Assembly: GCA_963705305.1 (NCBI GenBank)
Contig: OY970067.1
Coordinates: 4,352,001 to 4,416,000, forward strand
Length of the DNA stretch: 64,000 bases
Origin: an uncultured Methylomirabilota bacterium
GTDB taxonomy: Bacteria; Methylomirabilota; Methylomirabilia; Methylomirabilales; 2-02-FULL-66-22
Direction of reading: 5' to 3'
Numbering within the stretch: the first letter of the stretch is position 1; each line of letters begins with the position of its first letter. The position numbers were made by a program, and so were the translations under genes. The notes beneath the pieces are model-generated. The model saw nothing but the letters and a program-made list of their open reading frames with translations. It was not told where the DNA came from and did not search any database. This document shows, one piece after another, positions 1-10,498 of this stretch.

Positions 1-1555
1 GCCCAGACTCTCCAATACGCGCGCCACTCGTCCCCGGGGTCTGCTCGAGGGGCCGGTACTCGACGTGTGAGCGGTAGCCTTCCGAAGCCTTGAATGGGAC
101 GTACATCCTTTGCGTGTAAATATCTTCCAGGTGGACGCGCCCATGTCCGTCGTAGGAAATCTCGATGTTCTCCGGTGGCACGGTCGTCAGCGGCAAGGCG
201 GCGAGCGTGAATGCGTTTGCGATCTGCGGAATCTTCCGCCAGTCGAAGCCCATGATAGCGGTGGCAACAGCATCGAGAGCCACCGGATTTCCTGCTCCAA
301 GCAGTAAGCCTGCCGAGACCGGGTCGGGCGAGAGAGGACTTTCCCCCTCCCCACCGATGATGCCGTCAACGATCGCCAGGAAGCGCAGGTCCCGGCTCGG
401 AGCGTCGCCCATGACCAGATTTCTACGATCAAAGTAGAAAAAGGCACGATTGACATCTAACACGGTGCGCCAGAGGGTGTCATTGCCATGCCAGGCTCCT
501 CCGCCGATGGACTTTAATTCGCGCAGAGGCACTCCCATGAGGAACATGGCCAATGCCACTACCTTGGTCATGGCGTTGAGCCCGACCTTGACGACGCCCC
601 CATCGTGCTCCCAGGCCCGATGGGCCAGCGCCCAACGCAATTCGCAGAGAGCGCCGCGATAAGGGTACTCGTCACCTCCCGAGCGAGAACTCCCATAGCG
701 GAAATGAGGGAGGTAGTCCTTGTGGCCATTAACCCCGACCAGATTCTTCATCGCACAGGTTATGCCTGCCTTGCAATGCGTCTTGAGCTTAGGAAGATTG
801 ATGACTACGTCTGCTAACAGGAAATCGCGGGGAACGATGAAGCGATGGGATTCCTGCGTATGAGCTCGCTGGAGATTCTCCGCAGCATAATCGGTCACGC
901 CGAAGGGGACCGGTCCCGTTATCGGGTGCAGCAGGCTCTTCTTTCCGAGTTCGACCTCCAAGTAATCGGCGAGGGGAGAGTCAAAGCATCCACTGCGGAA
1001 GATGACCCCGCCGATCCGCCTAGCTGTCGCCAGACGGTAGTCGCGTACCTTGAGTTGGCAGCCAGGAAAAGCGCGGCCGAAATGCTCCTGGATTCCACCC
1101 GCACCAACCGTGTCAAGAAGTAGACTCCAATCGGTGGTCTGCAGCGGGCAATCGCCGAGGATAATCCGCCCCTGGCCGCGCAGAGCCTTTCCGGTGTAAT
1201 CGAGGACGGCGCGAATCACGCTGCCGTGAGTGACAAGGCTGTCAGCGTCGTCTTCCCTCCCAGTTGCATTGCGAAGTCGCCGATGGCTGACAAAGTTCGG
1301 CTTCAGCAGCACGGTGTTGCCTGGCTTGATGAGGTCGCCGAGGGGGTTCCACTCGGGGGTGCCAAAGCGGATCGTGTCAAATCCCAACACATGGAATAGG
1401 CGGCGGACTCCGCGATAAACAGGGTTGTCCTCGCTCCCCACAACGGCGCCTGGCCACTCCGGAAATTCCTCGGAAGGATGAAACGGCGATTGCCGCGCGT
1501 ATCTGCTCTTCTCCTTTACGATGGCAACGTGTCCGTTGGAAAGCATGTCACTCAT
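1..1555 (-). CDS. DUF362 domain protein (runs off the left edge)
   Basis: Manual translation of segments: MSDMLSNG...VLLKPNFV...VINLPKLKTHCKAGITCAMKNLVG...KDYLPH...IVDGIIGGEG..P...NPVALD. ATG overlaps the upstream stop (ATGA). Absent from the ORF track, consistent with no stop inside the window. Confidence 0.8.
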   Translation of the reverse strand, partial: MSDMLSNGHVAIVKEKSRYARQSPFHPSEEFPEWPGAVVGSEDNPVYRGVRRLFHVLGFDTIRFGTPEWNPLGDLIKPGNTVLLKPNFVSHRRLRNATGREDDADSLVTHGSVIRAVLDYTGKALRGQGRIILGDCPLQTTDWSLLLDTVGAGGIQEHFGRAFPGCQLKVRDYRLATARRIGGVIFRSGCFDSPLADYLEVELGKKSLLHPITGPVPFGVTDYAAENLQRAHTQESHRFIVPRDFLLADVVINLPKLKTHCKAGITCAMKNLVGVNGHKDYLPHFRYGSSRSGGDEYPYRGALCELRWALAHRAWEHDGGVVKVGLNAMTKVVALAMFLMGVPLRELKSIGGGAWHGNDTLWRTVLDVNRAFFYFDRRNLVMGDAPSRDLRFLAIVDGIIGGEGESPLSPDPVSAGLLLGAGNPVALDAVATAIMGFDWRKIPQIANAFTLAALPLTTVPPENIEISYDGHGRVHLEDIYTQRMYVPFKASEGYRSHVEYRPLEQTPGTSGARIGESG

Positions 1556-2976
1556 TTCTGTCGGTCCAAGCGTTCGGTCCGCGCCGACACTTTAGAGATC
1601 GTGAAACGGAACTTACCCGAGGGCAGCGGCGCGATGTCGGGAACGTATTCCAGCTGGACGTCGCAATCATTGCCCATGGCCGCCTTGGTGCCCGCGATGA
1701 TCTCCTCAACTTCCTGCTGCGGAAGACGGCGACCGTCGCTCACCAATAGGTATTGCACCTGGTGGAAATTCGTCTGAACGATCTGGAATTTGCGTACACA
1801 ATCGCGGAAGTACATCAAGTGAGTGAAATACTCGCCATCGACGAGCGTGCCGTCTGTGCGAACGAAGACATCAACGGTGCGACCGACGAGACGATCTAGT
1901 ATCTGGCCCCGCCGCCCACAGGGGCACGAACCTTCCGGGGCGAGTACTCCCCTGTCACCGATGCGGTATCGGATCAGCGGCATCGCATAATTGATCAGCG
2001 ACGTGACCACGATTTCGCCCTCGGTCCCCACCGGCACCGGCGACCCCGCCTCATCGAGAACTTCGACGTACGCAGACCAGGGCGCGACATGAAGGGCCCC
2101 CCTGTAGCTGCACTGGCACGCGACGTCACCAACCTCACGTGAACCGTAGCGGTTGAACACGCTGGCGCCGAAGGCCGCTTCGATCGTCTTGCGCATATTG
2201 GGCAACAGGATTCCCGCCGAGGTGATGATGCCCTTGGGGGCAGTGATCTTGAGGTCATGCTTTAGGGCGAAGCGGGCCAACTCAAACGCTGACTGGGCAT
2301 AGGCGACGACCAGTTTCGGCTTGAAGCGGTTGATGATGTCCACATATCGGACCATGTCTTCGCCGGACATACGGAACGCGTTCACGAACCTCGTGTTCGT
2401 CAGCCAGTTTTTCACGTGGTTCCTGAAGCCGATCGACCCCTTCAGGATATCCCTCTCTGAGCCCCAAAGGCGCAACTCCCGCTCGCCGATCTCCTTCCCA
2501 GCCCAGCGCGAAAAGGTGGCAGTCACCGCGAGCTGCTTGCCGGCGTACTCCGCATCCTGGATCAGCACCACAGGCTCGCCCGTGGAGCCCCCCGAGGTGT
2601 TTCTGAACCACTTGCGACTTTTCAAGTCACGCGAACACAGATTCGCGCCAAGTTTCCGAATCAGGTCCTTGCTGAGCAGAGGCATCTGACGCAACTGGTA
2701 AAACGGGTCCTTCACGCGGCCCCCTGGAGGAGCAAATGTTCCGAAATAGGGAACGTTGCGGAATGCATGCTCCAGAATGGCAATGAGCCGCTGCGTCAAT
2801 AAAAGCGGGTCAATTCCAGCCCGGTCATCGTCGGCGATTGCCCGATGGAAGGGCCCCACCACGTAACCGCGCAGGGCGTTCAGCCCGAAATACAACGGTC
2901 TTCTCCAGGACACTAGCACTCCCCGTTCCTGAGGTTCTCCAGCGGAGCAGCCAAAAAAAGCGAGAGGGCCGCGCAT
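1552..2976 (-). CDS. Phenylacetate-CoA ligase-like / CapK-type adenylate-forming protein
   Basis: Motifs NTSGGSTGEP, NRYGSREVG, AMPLIRYRIGD, SGKFR. Confidence 0.85.
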   Translation of the reverse strand: MRGPLAFFGCSAGEPQERGVLVSWRRPLYFGLNALRGYVVGPFHRAIADDDRAGIDPLLLTQRLIAILEHAFRNVPYFGTFAPPGGRVKDPFYQLRQMPLLSKDLIRKLGANLCSRDLKSRKWFRNTSGGSTGEPVVLIQDAEYAGKQLAVTATFSRWAGKEIGERELRLWGSERDILKGSIGFRNHVKNWLTNTRFVNAFRMSGEDMVRYVDIINRFKPKLVVAYAQSAFELARFALKHDLKITAPKGIITSAGILLPNMRKTIEAAFGASVFNRYGSREVGDVACQCSYRGALHVAPWSAYVEVLDEAGSPVPVGTEGEIVVTSLINYAMPLIRYRIGDRGVLAPEGSCPCGRRGQILDRLVGRTVDVFVRTDGTLVDGEYFTHLMYFRDCVRKFQIVQTNFHQVQYLLVSDGRRLPQQEVEEIIAGTKAAMGNDCDVQLEYVPDIAPLPSGKFRFTISKVSARTERLDRQK

Positions 2977-3176
2977 AAAACGACAAGGACTGCCTCTGGT
3001 CGGCGCTTGTTAGGAGAAAATCCGAAAGTTCCACTGAATTGAAGCCAAGAAAACTTCAGCCCCTCCACCATCCTAACCCCCTATTACTCGGACGAGGCCG
3101 CTCCGAGCTGAACCTTCTGTTGCGCCTACCCTATGCAAGTTATCCGTTGTTTGAAAAGCTGAGAGCTCAATCAACC

Positions 3177-4679
3177 CTAAACGGAACGGGCGGATTCATC
3201 GACAATTTCAAGATCAAGAGAAGCTCGAACCCCCTCGATAATCCCACCCGTCCGTTTCTTCCATCCATCGGCCACTCGGATCATCGCGATCGCCAACCAA
3301 ATTTCACGCTGCGTATCGTCAAGGCCGCTCAAGCCAAATGCCATTACTCCAACTACGACAGCGGTAATGAACAGCATCGACCGCCGGGTTTCATCAGGAA
3401 GTCGGACATCTATCGCCATTCGGTGTCCTCGGATGAATGCCGTCCCCCAAAGAAATACGATCAACATTAGCCCTACAATCCCTTCCTCCGCCATCACCTG
3501 GAGATAGGCATTGTGTGCGAACCCGATCGTGGTTTCCAAAACCCGAAAATTACCCGCACCAACGCCACCAAACGGATGATCGCTCCACATCTGCAAGGCG
3601 GCCTCTTGGACGTATCGTCTCTCGACGATGGACTCGTCCTGGGTTCTTCCCAGCAGGGATATGAGGGACACCGTACGCTCCCACGCGAGGTCCCTGAAAT
3701 GAAATGGATTCACCACTGCGAGACACAAAGCGACCATCAATGCAAACCCCACGTGCGATTGCCGGATGCGGAGGAGTCTCCCCAGGGAACGTGCATTTAT
3801 CCAAACAATGTATGCTAACGTTATAAAGGTAGCAACATACGCCCCACGCGAGAAAGAAAGCGCGATTGCCAACAAATTTACTCCTGCGATCAGACCTTGA
3901 AATAGTTTGCCTCCAGGGGGGCGAGTCAGCGACCAGTTTGCCATGGTCCCTGAGAGGATGAAGCAGGCCGCAGTGTTTGCCTCGTAAAAGAGCGCGCCGC
4001 CTCGCAACCGTGGGTCAGCAAGAATGGCCGCCGAAACGCCTTGCTCCGCGACAACCAGCCGGCCAACTGTCAGGTACTGAAAAATCACCATGACGGAACT
4101 AACCAGAGAGGCTAGAGACCAACCCAAAAGCATCTGCTCTCGCCAACGAGAGTTCCAATGCTTCGGAAACACCGCGAGGCTCCGAACATAGAAGTATAAT
4201 GCTACTGGGATGGCAAGCTTCGCGATCTTCAGAGCCGCCTCGACATGATCATACGCCCATGCAACTGAGAGAAGGCTCCACATCCCATACAAGAGAGCCA
4301 GTTGATCCAAAATATGCCACCGGAGACTGCCATTCGAGGATCGGAATGGGGCTGCGACAACCACACGACCGGAGATGGCCAGGAGTGCCCCAAAGAAAAC
4401 CAAATCCGGCACTCTTACATTCAGTGGTAGACTGGAGAGGATCGGGATAGGCAAGAGCCGGAATCCGAGAGAAAACGCCACAAGAAAAGGAAAAACCTGC
4501 TCATGAGCCACCAGCCCCAGGATCATTACCGCTATCAGCCCGAGCGGTATCAGTAACAACGACTGGGACTGAACCACTTCCTCGGTCACCCATCCAGCTC
4601 CAAGCAGGCAGAATCCTCGCCAGAGCCATCTCCTGGTGCCTTCCCTGCCGTCGATATGGTGTGCGAATAACCTCAACAT
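3177..4679 (-). CDS. O-antigen ligase/polymerase (Wzy_C) family membrane protein
   Basis: Many hydrophobic segments; SFSRGA, HPFGGVGAGNF and AHNAYLQVMAEEG motifs. Confidence 0.85.
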   Translation of the reverse strand: MLRLFAHHIDGREGTRRWLWRGFCLLGAGWVTEEVVQSQSLLLIPLGLIAVMILGLVAHEQVFPFLVAFSLGFRLLPIPILSSLPLNVRVPDLVFFGALLAISGRVVVAAPFRSSNGSLRWHILDQLALLYGMWSLLSVAWAYDHVEAALKIAKLAIPVALYFYVRSLAVFPKHWNSRWREQMLLGWSLASLVSSVMVIFQYLTVGRLVVAEQGVSAAILADPRLRGGALFYEANTAACFILSGTMANWSLTRPPGGKLFQGLIAGVNLLAIALSFSRGAYVATFITLAYIVWINARSLGRLLRIRQSHVGFALMVALCLAVVNPFHFRDLAWERTVSLISLLGRTQDESIVERRYVQEAALQMWSDHPFGGVGAGNFRVLETTIGFAHNAYLQVMAEEGIVGLMLIVFLWGTAFIRGHRMAIDVRLPDETRRSMLFITAVVVGVMAFGLSGLDDTQREIWLAIAMIRVADGWKKRTGGIIEGVRASLDLEIVDESARSV

Positions 4680-4955
4680 CTCCCTCGTTGAAACTCAGCG
4701 GTTTCCCAATGGATCCTGGGGATACCGAAACACCCCTGCCAGCCTCCGGGTTTGGATGTATGGTACCTCGCCTGTATTGCCATACTCTGAGCGGTAAGCC
4801 TCCCGAACAGTCGCGATCTCCTCAATTCGTGATGGTACAGCGGGGCACCGCGTCCTCTCCTTCTCGGCTAACGCGCTGACGTCCCCGCCGCCTACTACTA
4901 TATCCACTATCGACACTCACTAACAGAACACTCATACCTGCGCTCCACTGGCCTT

Positions 4956-5906
4956 CTACACCTGATTACGCGCTCTGACGATCATGCTCCGGACCCGCTT
5001 AAGCAGCAGCAATAGTCTGAAACCCAGAAATGTCTTACCGATCTCAACGTAGGCCCTACCCTGGAACGGACTGAATCTGATAGATCTAACCAGTTCCCCT
5101 CTTGCAGCTCCCATCTGGCCATTCCTGCGCAAGCGGTTTCCTGCAAAGTAAGCTATGGTCGATTCACATCGACGCCAATGCTTCAGGACGTAACCTCTCT
5201 TCCGTGGGTCTGCAAGCAAGTCGGAATATATCTTGCTCAGGCTATTCCTCATGTCTCGAGCGCTAAGGGAGTTGTGCCTACTGTCGGGGGTCACACGCAC
5301 CTTTACAAGCGCATCCGGAGCAAAATCATATACATAATGGAACGCGAGCCGAAGCCAAAGATCCCAATCTTCTGAAAACGCCGAATCAGCGCGAAATGGT
5401 AACTCTTCTTCGAAGCAGGTCCGCCGAAGAAGAACAGCGCTCGCCGATCCTGTCACAACATTGTCAGTCAGCAGTTGTTTTAAGATCCGTCCTCGGTGCC
5501 TCGCCCTCTGGATAGAAAGAATGTTGCCGCTAATGTCCACATTGTACGCACTACAATAAACAACGTGGACACCAGGATTCTTCAGAAGAGCGAGCTGTTT
5601 CTCGAGCTTTAGTGGAAGCCACTCATCGTCGGAGTCCAGAAACGCCACGTATTCTCCTGACGTAGCCTCAAGACCAATATTTCGCGCAAACCCGACACCC
5701 CTCCTGTTCCCGGATGGAACCCTAATGTACCTCATCCTTCCTGCGAAGGCTGAGAGACGCTCAGGTGTATCATCGGTTGATCCATCGTCAACGACAACGA
5801 TTTCCGTGTCGGCCTTCGTCTGGCTCAAAACGCTCTCTACGGCCCGCACCACGGCGCCACCGCGATTGTAGGTCGGTATGATCACACTCACCTGCGGCCG
5901 CACCAT
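4956..5906 (-). CDS. Glycosyltransferase family 2
   Basis: VSVIIPTYNR, VVDDGSTD, AFLDSDD, EDWDLW. Confidence 0.92.
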   Translation of the reverse strand: MVRPQVSVIIPTYNRGGAVVRAVESVLSQTKADTEIVVVDDGSTDDTPERLSAFAGRMRYIRVPSGNRRGVGFARNIGLEATSGEYVAFLDSDDEWLPLKLEKQLALLKNPGVHVVYCSAYNVDISGNILSIQRARHRGRILKQLLTDNVVTGSASAVLLRRTCFEEELPFRADSAFSEDWDLWLRLAFHYVYDFAPDALVKVRVTPDSRHNSLSARDMRNSLSKIYSDLLADPRKRGYVLKHWRRCESTIAYFAGNRLRRNGQMGAARGELVRSIRFSPFQGRAYVEIGKTFLGFRLLLLLKRVRSMIVRARNQV

Positions 5907-5949
5907 CGATTCCCCATTGCGTGGAGGGCATGCTACGCTTAGAGCTTAT

Positions 5950-6817
5950 CCGTGAATGACGATTATCTTTCGAAACACGGTGAGTGCACAGGCTAACCGC
6001 CGAAACGCCAAGTGACTGACGCTCAGCTTCTCCAAGCGCGCGAGCAACTTGCGGAACCGATTCACTCAGGAGAGCGTGCGCTTCACTCCCAGCTGGGGGA
6101 CATCCGTGTGTCCGCCATCACCCTGCCGTTGCTCGCCGAGACCTGGACCAAGCCGCCGCCCGCGAACGGGGAGGTGCGGGTCCGGGCCGATGCCGCGTTC
6201 TTCGACCGAAAGATCATCGACGCATTGGAGGCGCGACGTGCCTCACCGACGCCATCAAGCGGGGCCTAACGAACCTGCGCTACCAACGGGTCTCGAGCGA
6301 GGTCGCCGCGGCAGAGTTTCTCTACCAGCCTCAGGGCTGGCTCGGGGGCCGCCGGTTTGTTGTGATCCGGCAGCCAGTCTCCGAGAAGCCGTCCTGAAGT
6401 TCCACCTGTTCCAGGTGGGCCGCATCCGCTACCAGGACTTCGTCATCAACCTGTCCTTGCAACCGCTCAAGGGCCGAGCTCATTATCCGCGAACTCAAGG
6501 AAGCCTACGCCCGAGGCAAGCCCCTCACCCGCGACTTCGCGGCCAACCTTGCCTTCTTTCCCCTCATCCCGTTCGCCTACAACCGTTTGAACTAGTCCAC
6601 ACGGTACTGCGCGCCGCTTGACTTCGCCCGGACCAATTTGCCGCAGCTTCGCCAGTGTCTCTTCGTTGCCCACGCGCTGCTCGTTCGACTAGCGCCTCGG
6701 CCGACCCTGCGACCGGCCGCAAGCCACCCCTCTCAATGGGCTTTCTGGAAGGCCATCAAATGGATTGTCCCCTTCGGTCTCCCTGGAAAGAATGACAGTC
6801 TTCACGCCAGATTCAGG
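5950..6817 (+). pseudogene. Degraded IS1380-family transposase remnant
   Basis: Fragments across frames: VRVRADAAFF..., ELIIRELKEAY...AAN.AFF...AYN, LRQCLF..A.LVR; ends in ...GATTCAGG; stops and frameshifts present. Confidence 0.6.
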
Positions 6818-6874
6818 TTAATCTGGGCTGCTCCGCTCGGAACAGCGCGTTAATGACGCTTGCATTCGTGTTCA

Positions 6875-8389
6875 TCATCGCCACGCTGTCGCAATCTGCC
6901 ATAGGCCGACGAGCGCGCGCTTCTCCGTTTCACCGAACACCCCGATCCAGTAGCCAACAGCCACGTAGAACGACCCCAGTGTTGCGCCCGCCATGCCCAA
7001 CCCTATCCATGATGACGCCAGCGGACGGATCACAAACGCCAGTGCCGCCAGCACAATGCCTAAAGCAATTGGCTTGAGATATGCCACCCGGAAAAGCACC
7101 ACGGGCCGGATGCCGAGATAACGGCGCAACACAATGACAAGGTAAACAACATCAACACTGCACGTGAGCAGCAACGCCCACCCACCACCTTTCAATCCCC
7201 AAGGACGAATAAAGATGAAACAGAAAGTCGCTAACACCACCGCGCGGATCGTTGTATAGATCGTAAATTGCCGCATTTTCCCAAGCCCCACCATCACGTT
7301 GTTAGACAAGGAAGCTGTCAGCGTTCCGATATAACCTGCCAGAGCCAATAATCGTAAAACCCCCGCCGCTTGCGCTGCAATGCTCGGTGTCCAGATCGCC
7401 AAAAATGAGTCGCCGAGAACAAACAAGGGGATAAATATCAGTCCCGCTAACGCCGCGATAAATTGAGACGCGCGAATAAATATCTCGCGCAGTCGATCCA
7501 TCTGTCCCAGACTCTGCAACTCGCTCGCCATCGGAAAGATGAAACCAAGCATATAGGCAAGCATATAGCCGAACGAGTTCACCGCCAAAAAAGGTACGGA
7601 ATAAATGCCCGCCGCTGCCACACCTGCCGAAATGCCAATCAACGTTTGGTCAAGCCGGCTGACCAGACTACTCGTAATTCGATTCCATGTACCATACCCC
7701 ACATAGCCCCTCACTCGCCGCAGCGTTACCCAGTGTAGTCCCCGATGAAAGCGAAAATCAGGCAACAGACGGCGTGTTAACAAAAAATATGTGGGACCCG
7801 CAAGCGTAGTAAAAATCGTACGCGCCAGCACATAGCCGACCACACCGTACCCAGCGTACACCAAGCCGAGCCCAATCAGCGAGCCTGCGGTACTGAAGAC
7901 GACCGAAACGGAATATGTCAGATCGAAGCGTTGTAAGCCCATCGCAATGGCGCGTCCCCAGGACATTCCTACGCTGCCCAAGAACCCAATTCCCGCCAGC
8001 CGAAATACAATCACTGCATCGTCAACCAAATCAGCTGGCACCTGGAACACCGACCGCGCGATCCAGTGCGACAGAAGCATAATGCCTGACATGCCAGCCA
8101 ACCCAAGAACAGCGTACAACTGCAGTGTAGTGCTCAATAGATGGCTTTCTGCATCGGCATCTTCGCGCGCACGATCCTCAGCTAGAAGCTTGATAATCGG
8201 CAAGTCCAGGCCCATATCCACAAAAGCTAGATAGCCGATGATCACTGCCACTAGGCTTTGTAGGCCGTACGCTGATTCTCCTAGCGCACGCAGCAGAAGC
8301 GGCGTCGTTATCACGTTGACCAGCATCGGCACGAAAAAACCTGCCGTGCTGGAGACCGCATTAATTGAACACCGATCCAACCGGTTCAT
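6875..8389 (-). CDS. wzx: Polysaccharide flippase (Wzx/RfbX family)
   Basis: 504 aa multi-TM; TPLLLRALG...YG, D.GL, RLDQTLIG, AAGIYS. Confidence 0.85.
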   Translation of the reverse strand: MNRLDRCSINAVSSTAGFFVPMLVNVITTPLLLRALGESAYGLQSLVAVIIGYLAFVDMGLDLPIIKLLAEDRAREDADAESHLLSTTLQLYAVLGLAGMSGIMLLSHWIARSVFQVPADLVDDAVIVFRLAGIGFLGSVGMSWGRAIAMGLQRFDLTYSVSVVFSTAGSLIGLGLVYAGYGVVGYVLARTIFTTLAGPTYFLLTRRLLPDFRFHRGLHWVTLRRVRGYVGYGTWNRITSSLVSRLDQTLIGISAGVAAAGIYSVPFLAVNSFGYMLAYMLGFIFPMASELQSLGQMDRLREIFIRASQFIAALAGLIFIPLFVLGDSFLAIWTPSIAAQAAGVLRLLALAGYIGTLTASLSNNVMVGLGKMRQFTIYTTIRAVVLATFCFIFIRPWGLKGGGWALLLTCSVDVVYLVIVLRRYLGIRPVVLFRVAYLKPIALGIVLAALAFVIRPLASSWIGLGMAGATLGSFYVAVGYWIGVFGETEKRALVGLWQIATAWR

Positions 8390-8409
8390 GACGACTCTTG
8401 CAATATTCG

Positions 8410-9459
8410 CTAAAGGTCCAGAACCCGAATAATCGTATCCGCGAATGCTGGTGGTAGGAAGCGCGCAAAGCGATCGCTTAACAAGTACGTCTGTATAGCA
8501 TCCTGAAACGATGCATACTCTTTCTCAGTCATTCCGAGAAGATAGTCTTCGAGTTCTGCGTCCGACTTGAAGTCACGCCTATCAACAAATGCATCTGCAT
8601 CTACATAATCCACAATATTAGGTGCACCCAAGTAAATTGGAACGCAGCCTGCTCGCATGCTGTCAAAAAGCTTCTCAGTTATATATCCCGGCTCATCGCG
8701 GATATTTTCGTAGCACACACTGAACCGGTAATACGGCAGAATCTCCCACTTGTGCCGCACAATACCACGGTAAGAAGGGTACGCCTGCCATTTACATCCA
8801 AACAGCCGACCAGCCAGTTTCGCCCCTCGCTCCCATCCTACGCCGTATAGGTCAAAATCATTCGGCCGTCTCTCCTCAAAGTGCCGAATCGTGGCCCGAC
8901 GGGCCGAATATAATTCCCGGGGATGACGCGAGTACTTATTCATAGAAATGTTTACCAGCAGTTTCTTCTGAGAAAAGGCGGTCCTCGGTACTTCCGGGAA
9001 CTCACGCGTCTGAGGCCAGTGAATCTTTACAAATTTACGCCCGTCATTAAAGTCATCATGCCATGTAAAGATAATTGAAAATAACCGATGAAGCTTAGGG
9101 TCCCAATTCTCTGGACTGACCGCTGGTGCCTCCCACAAGAAAAGAGCCATCCGTTGCGACATCCCAGCGTGCAAGCACTCCCGGTACAAGTCTCGAACTA
9201 GCGGTTTGCCGCCATATCTCTTTTTAAGCCTACTGGCAAATCCGCGAACACCCGAATATGTATTGACGCTAATGGCGTCGTTGAAAAGAACCCATTCACA
9301 GTCCGCGAGTGGATGTTCATCAGCAGTTCTCAGAGAGTACCCAAGCTGCCCGAGGCGCTCACGTAGGTAGATAGCGGGATCGTTACATGCATCTCTCTCA
9401 TTAGGATCAAACAACCGGTTGTTGCTACCCGACAATGAATGAATTAGAATCGTTCGCAT
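8410..9459 (-). CDS. Glycosyltransferase family 10 (alpha-1,3-fucosyltransferase-like)
   Basis: YRFSVCYEN...GYITEKLFDS..AGCVPIYLGAPN signature. Confidence 0.88.
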   Translation of the reverse strand: MRTILIHSLSGSNNRLFDPNERDACNDPAIYLRERLGQLGYSLRTADEHPLADCEWVLFNDAISVNTYSGVRGFASRLKKRYGGKPLVRDLYRECLHAGMSQRMALFLWEAPAVSPENWDPKLHRLFSIIFTWHDDFNDGRKFVKIHWPQTREFPEVPRTAFSQKKLLVNISMNKYSRHPRELYSARRATIRHFEERRPNDFDLYGVGWERGAKLAGRLFGCKWQAYPSYRGIVRHKWEILPYYRFSVCYENIRDEPGYITEKLFDSMRAGCVPIYLGAPNIVDYVDADAFVDRRDFKSDAELEDYLLGMTEKEYASFQDAIQTYLLSDRFARFLPPAFADTIIRVLDL

Positions 9460-9465
9460 TCAGAG

Positions 9466-10498
9466 TCATACCTTCGCATCATGTTTTAGACGGTCGAAGA
9501 TGCGCTGAAATCGCTGTTCCATTCTGTGCTCTCTCAACGTGCGCTCGTATCCTCGTTGAGCGATCTCTTCCCGCTCCTCTTCATGCCTTAGATAGTAGCG
9601 GACCTTCTCAATCATCTGATCCACTGATTCATAGACAGCAATCTCTTCGCCAATTCGATAGTGGCGTTCCAATCCCTCAACGTAATATGACAGCTGGAAC
9701 CCACCGCACGAATTAATCTCAAAATGCCGTCCCTTGACCTGCTCACAAACCTTGCGATCAGGCCTACGCGAGGAATGTATCACATTCCACCAAATACGAA
9801 GGCTATCTTTGAGTGGCCGGCCAAGAGCTGTCATGTAGCGTACATCCCACGACACAGAGTTGGACAAATTTAGGTTGATCCGGCTCTGATTAAAGACCTC
9901 AATCATCCTCGGGGAAATAAGAGTCTTAGTGTTCCAACCCGCTCCCCAGGATTGCACACGCACTCCCGCCTTCCTCAACTTCTGAATACACCACGCTCGG
10001 TAAGGATGACGCTGCCCGACAAAGGTTACATCATATAACTTGGGGATGGATTTCTTGACGTAGTACTCAGTGTTGCAGCCAAACGGCGAGTAGATGACAT
10101 TGGCGTAACCCGCGTCCCTGAACTTATGAACGCCGTTGACGTTCTGAGGTAGTAATGTAGCAAAAGTGTCCAGCCCAGAAGCGGGAATACTCGACGCGCC
10201 ACATATCGTCAAATAAATAGCCGACCGTGATAGTGTGCTGATTAATTTCATCCACCACCTCCGGGATGAACTGATCAGTGTGAGGAACAAAAAGAACGAC
10301 GTTGGGGTGCTCGCGCTTGACAACTGCAAGGAGCGTCTGATTCATTTTAGATCGCCCCTGTGTGCTCAATACGGCGACGAAGTCGAAAGGAACAACTGCC
10401 CGCACGAGCTTTTCCAAGGGCTTTTGGAAGTTGTTGTACTCGTATGATTTGGTGGGGTCCAGCGGGCCAGCGACCAAAAGTACCTTCATGCTTTTCAT
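9466..10498 (-). pseudogene. CgeB/GT1_2-like glycosyltransferase split by a +1 frameshift (or a sequencing error)
   Basis: The N-half (10124-10498) and C-half join as ...ITTSDVNGVHK... if one base at ~10143 is removed; C-terminal R.FEI.SCGGFQL motif. Confidence 0.75.

Noticed and set aside
4695..4916. 73-aa ORF between the GT2 and ligase genes
   Set aside because: No recognisable family; could be a remnant but is unsupported.
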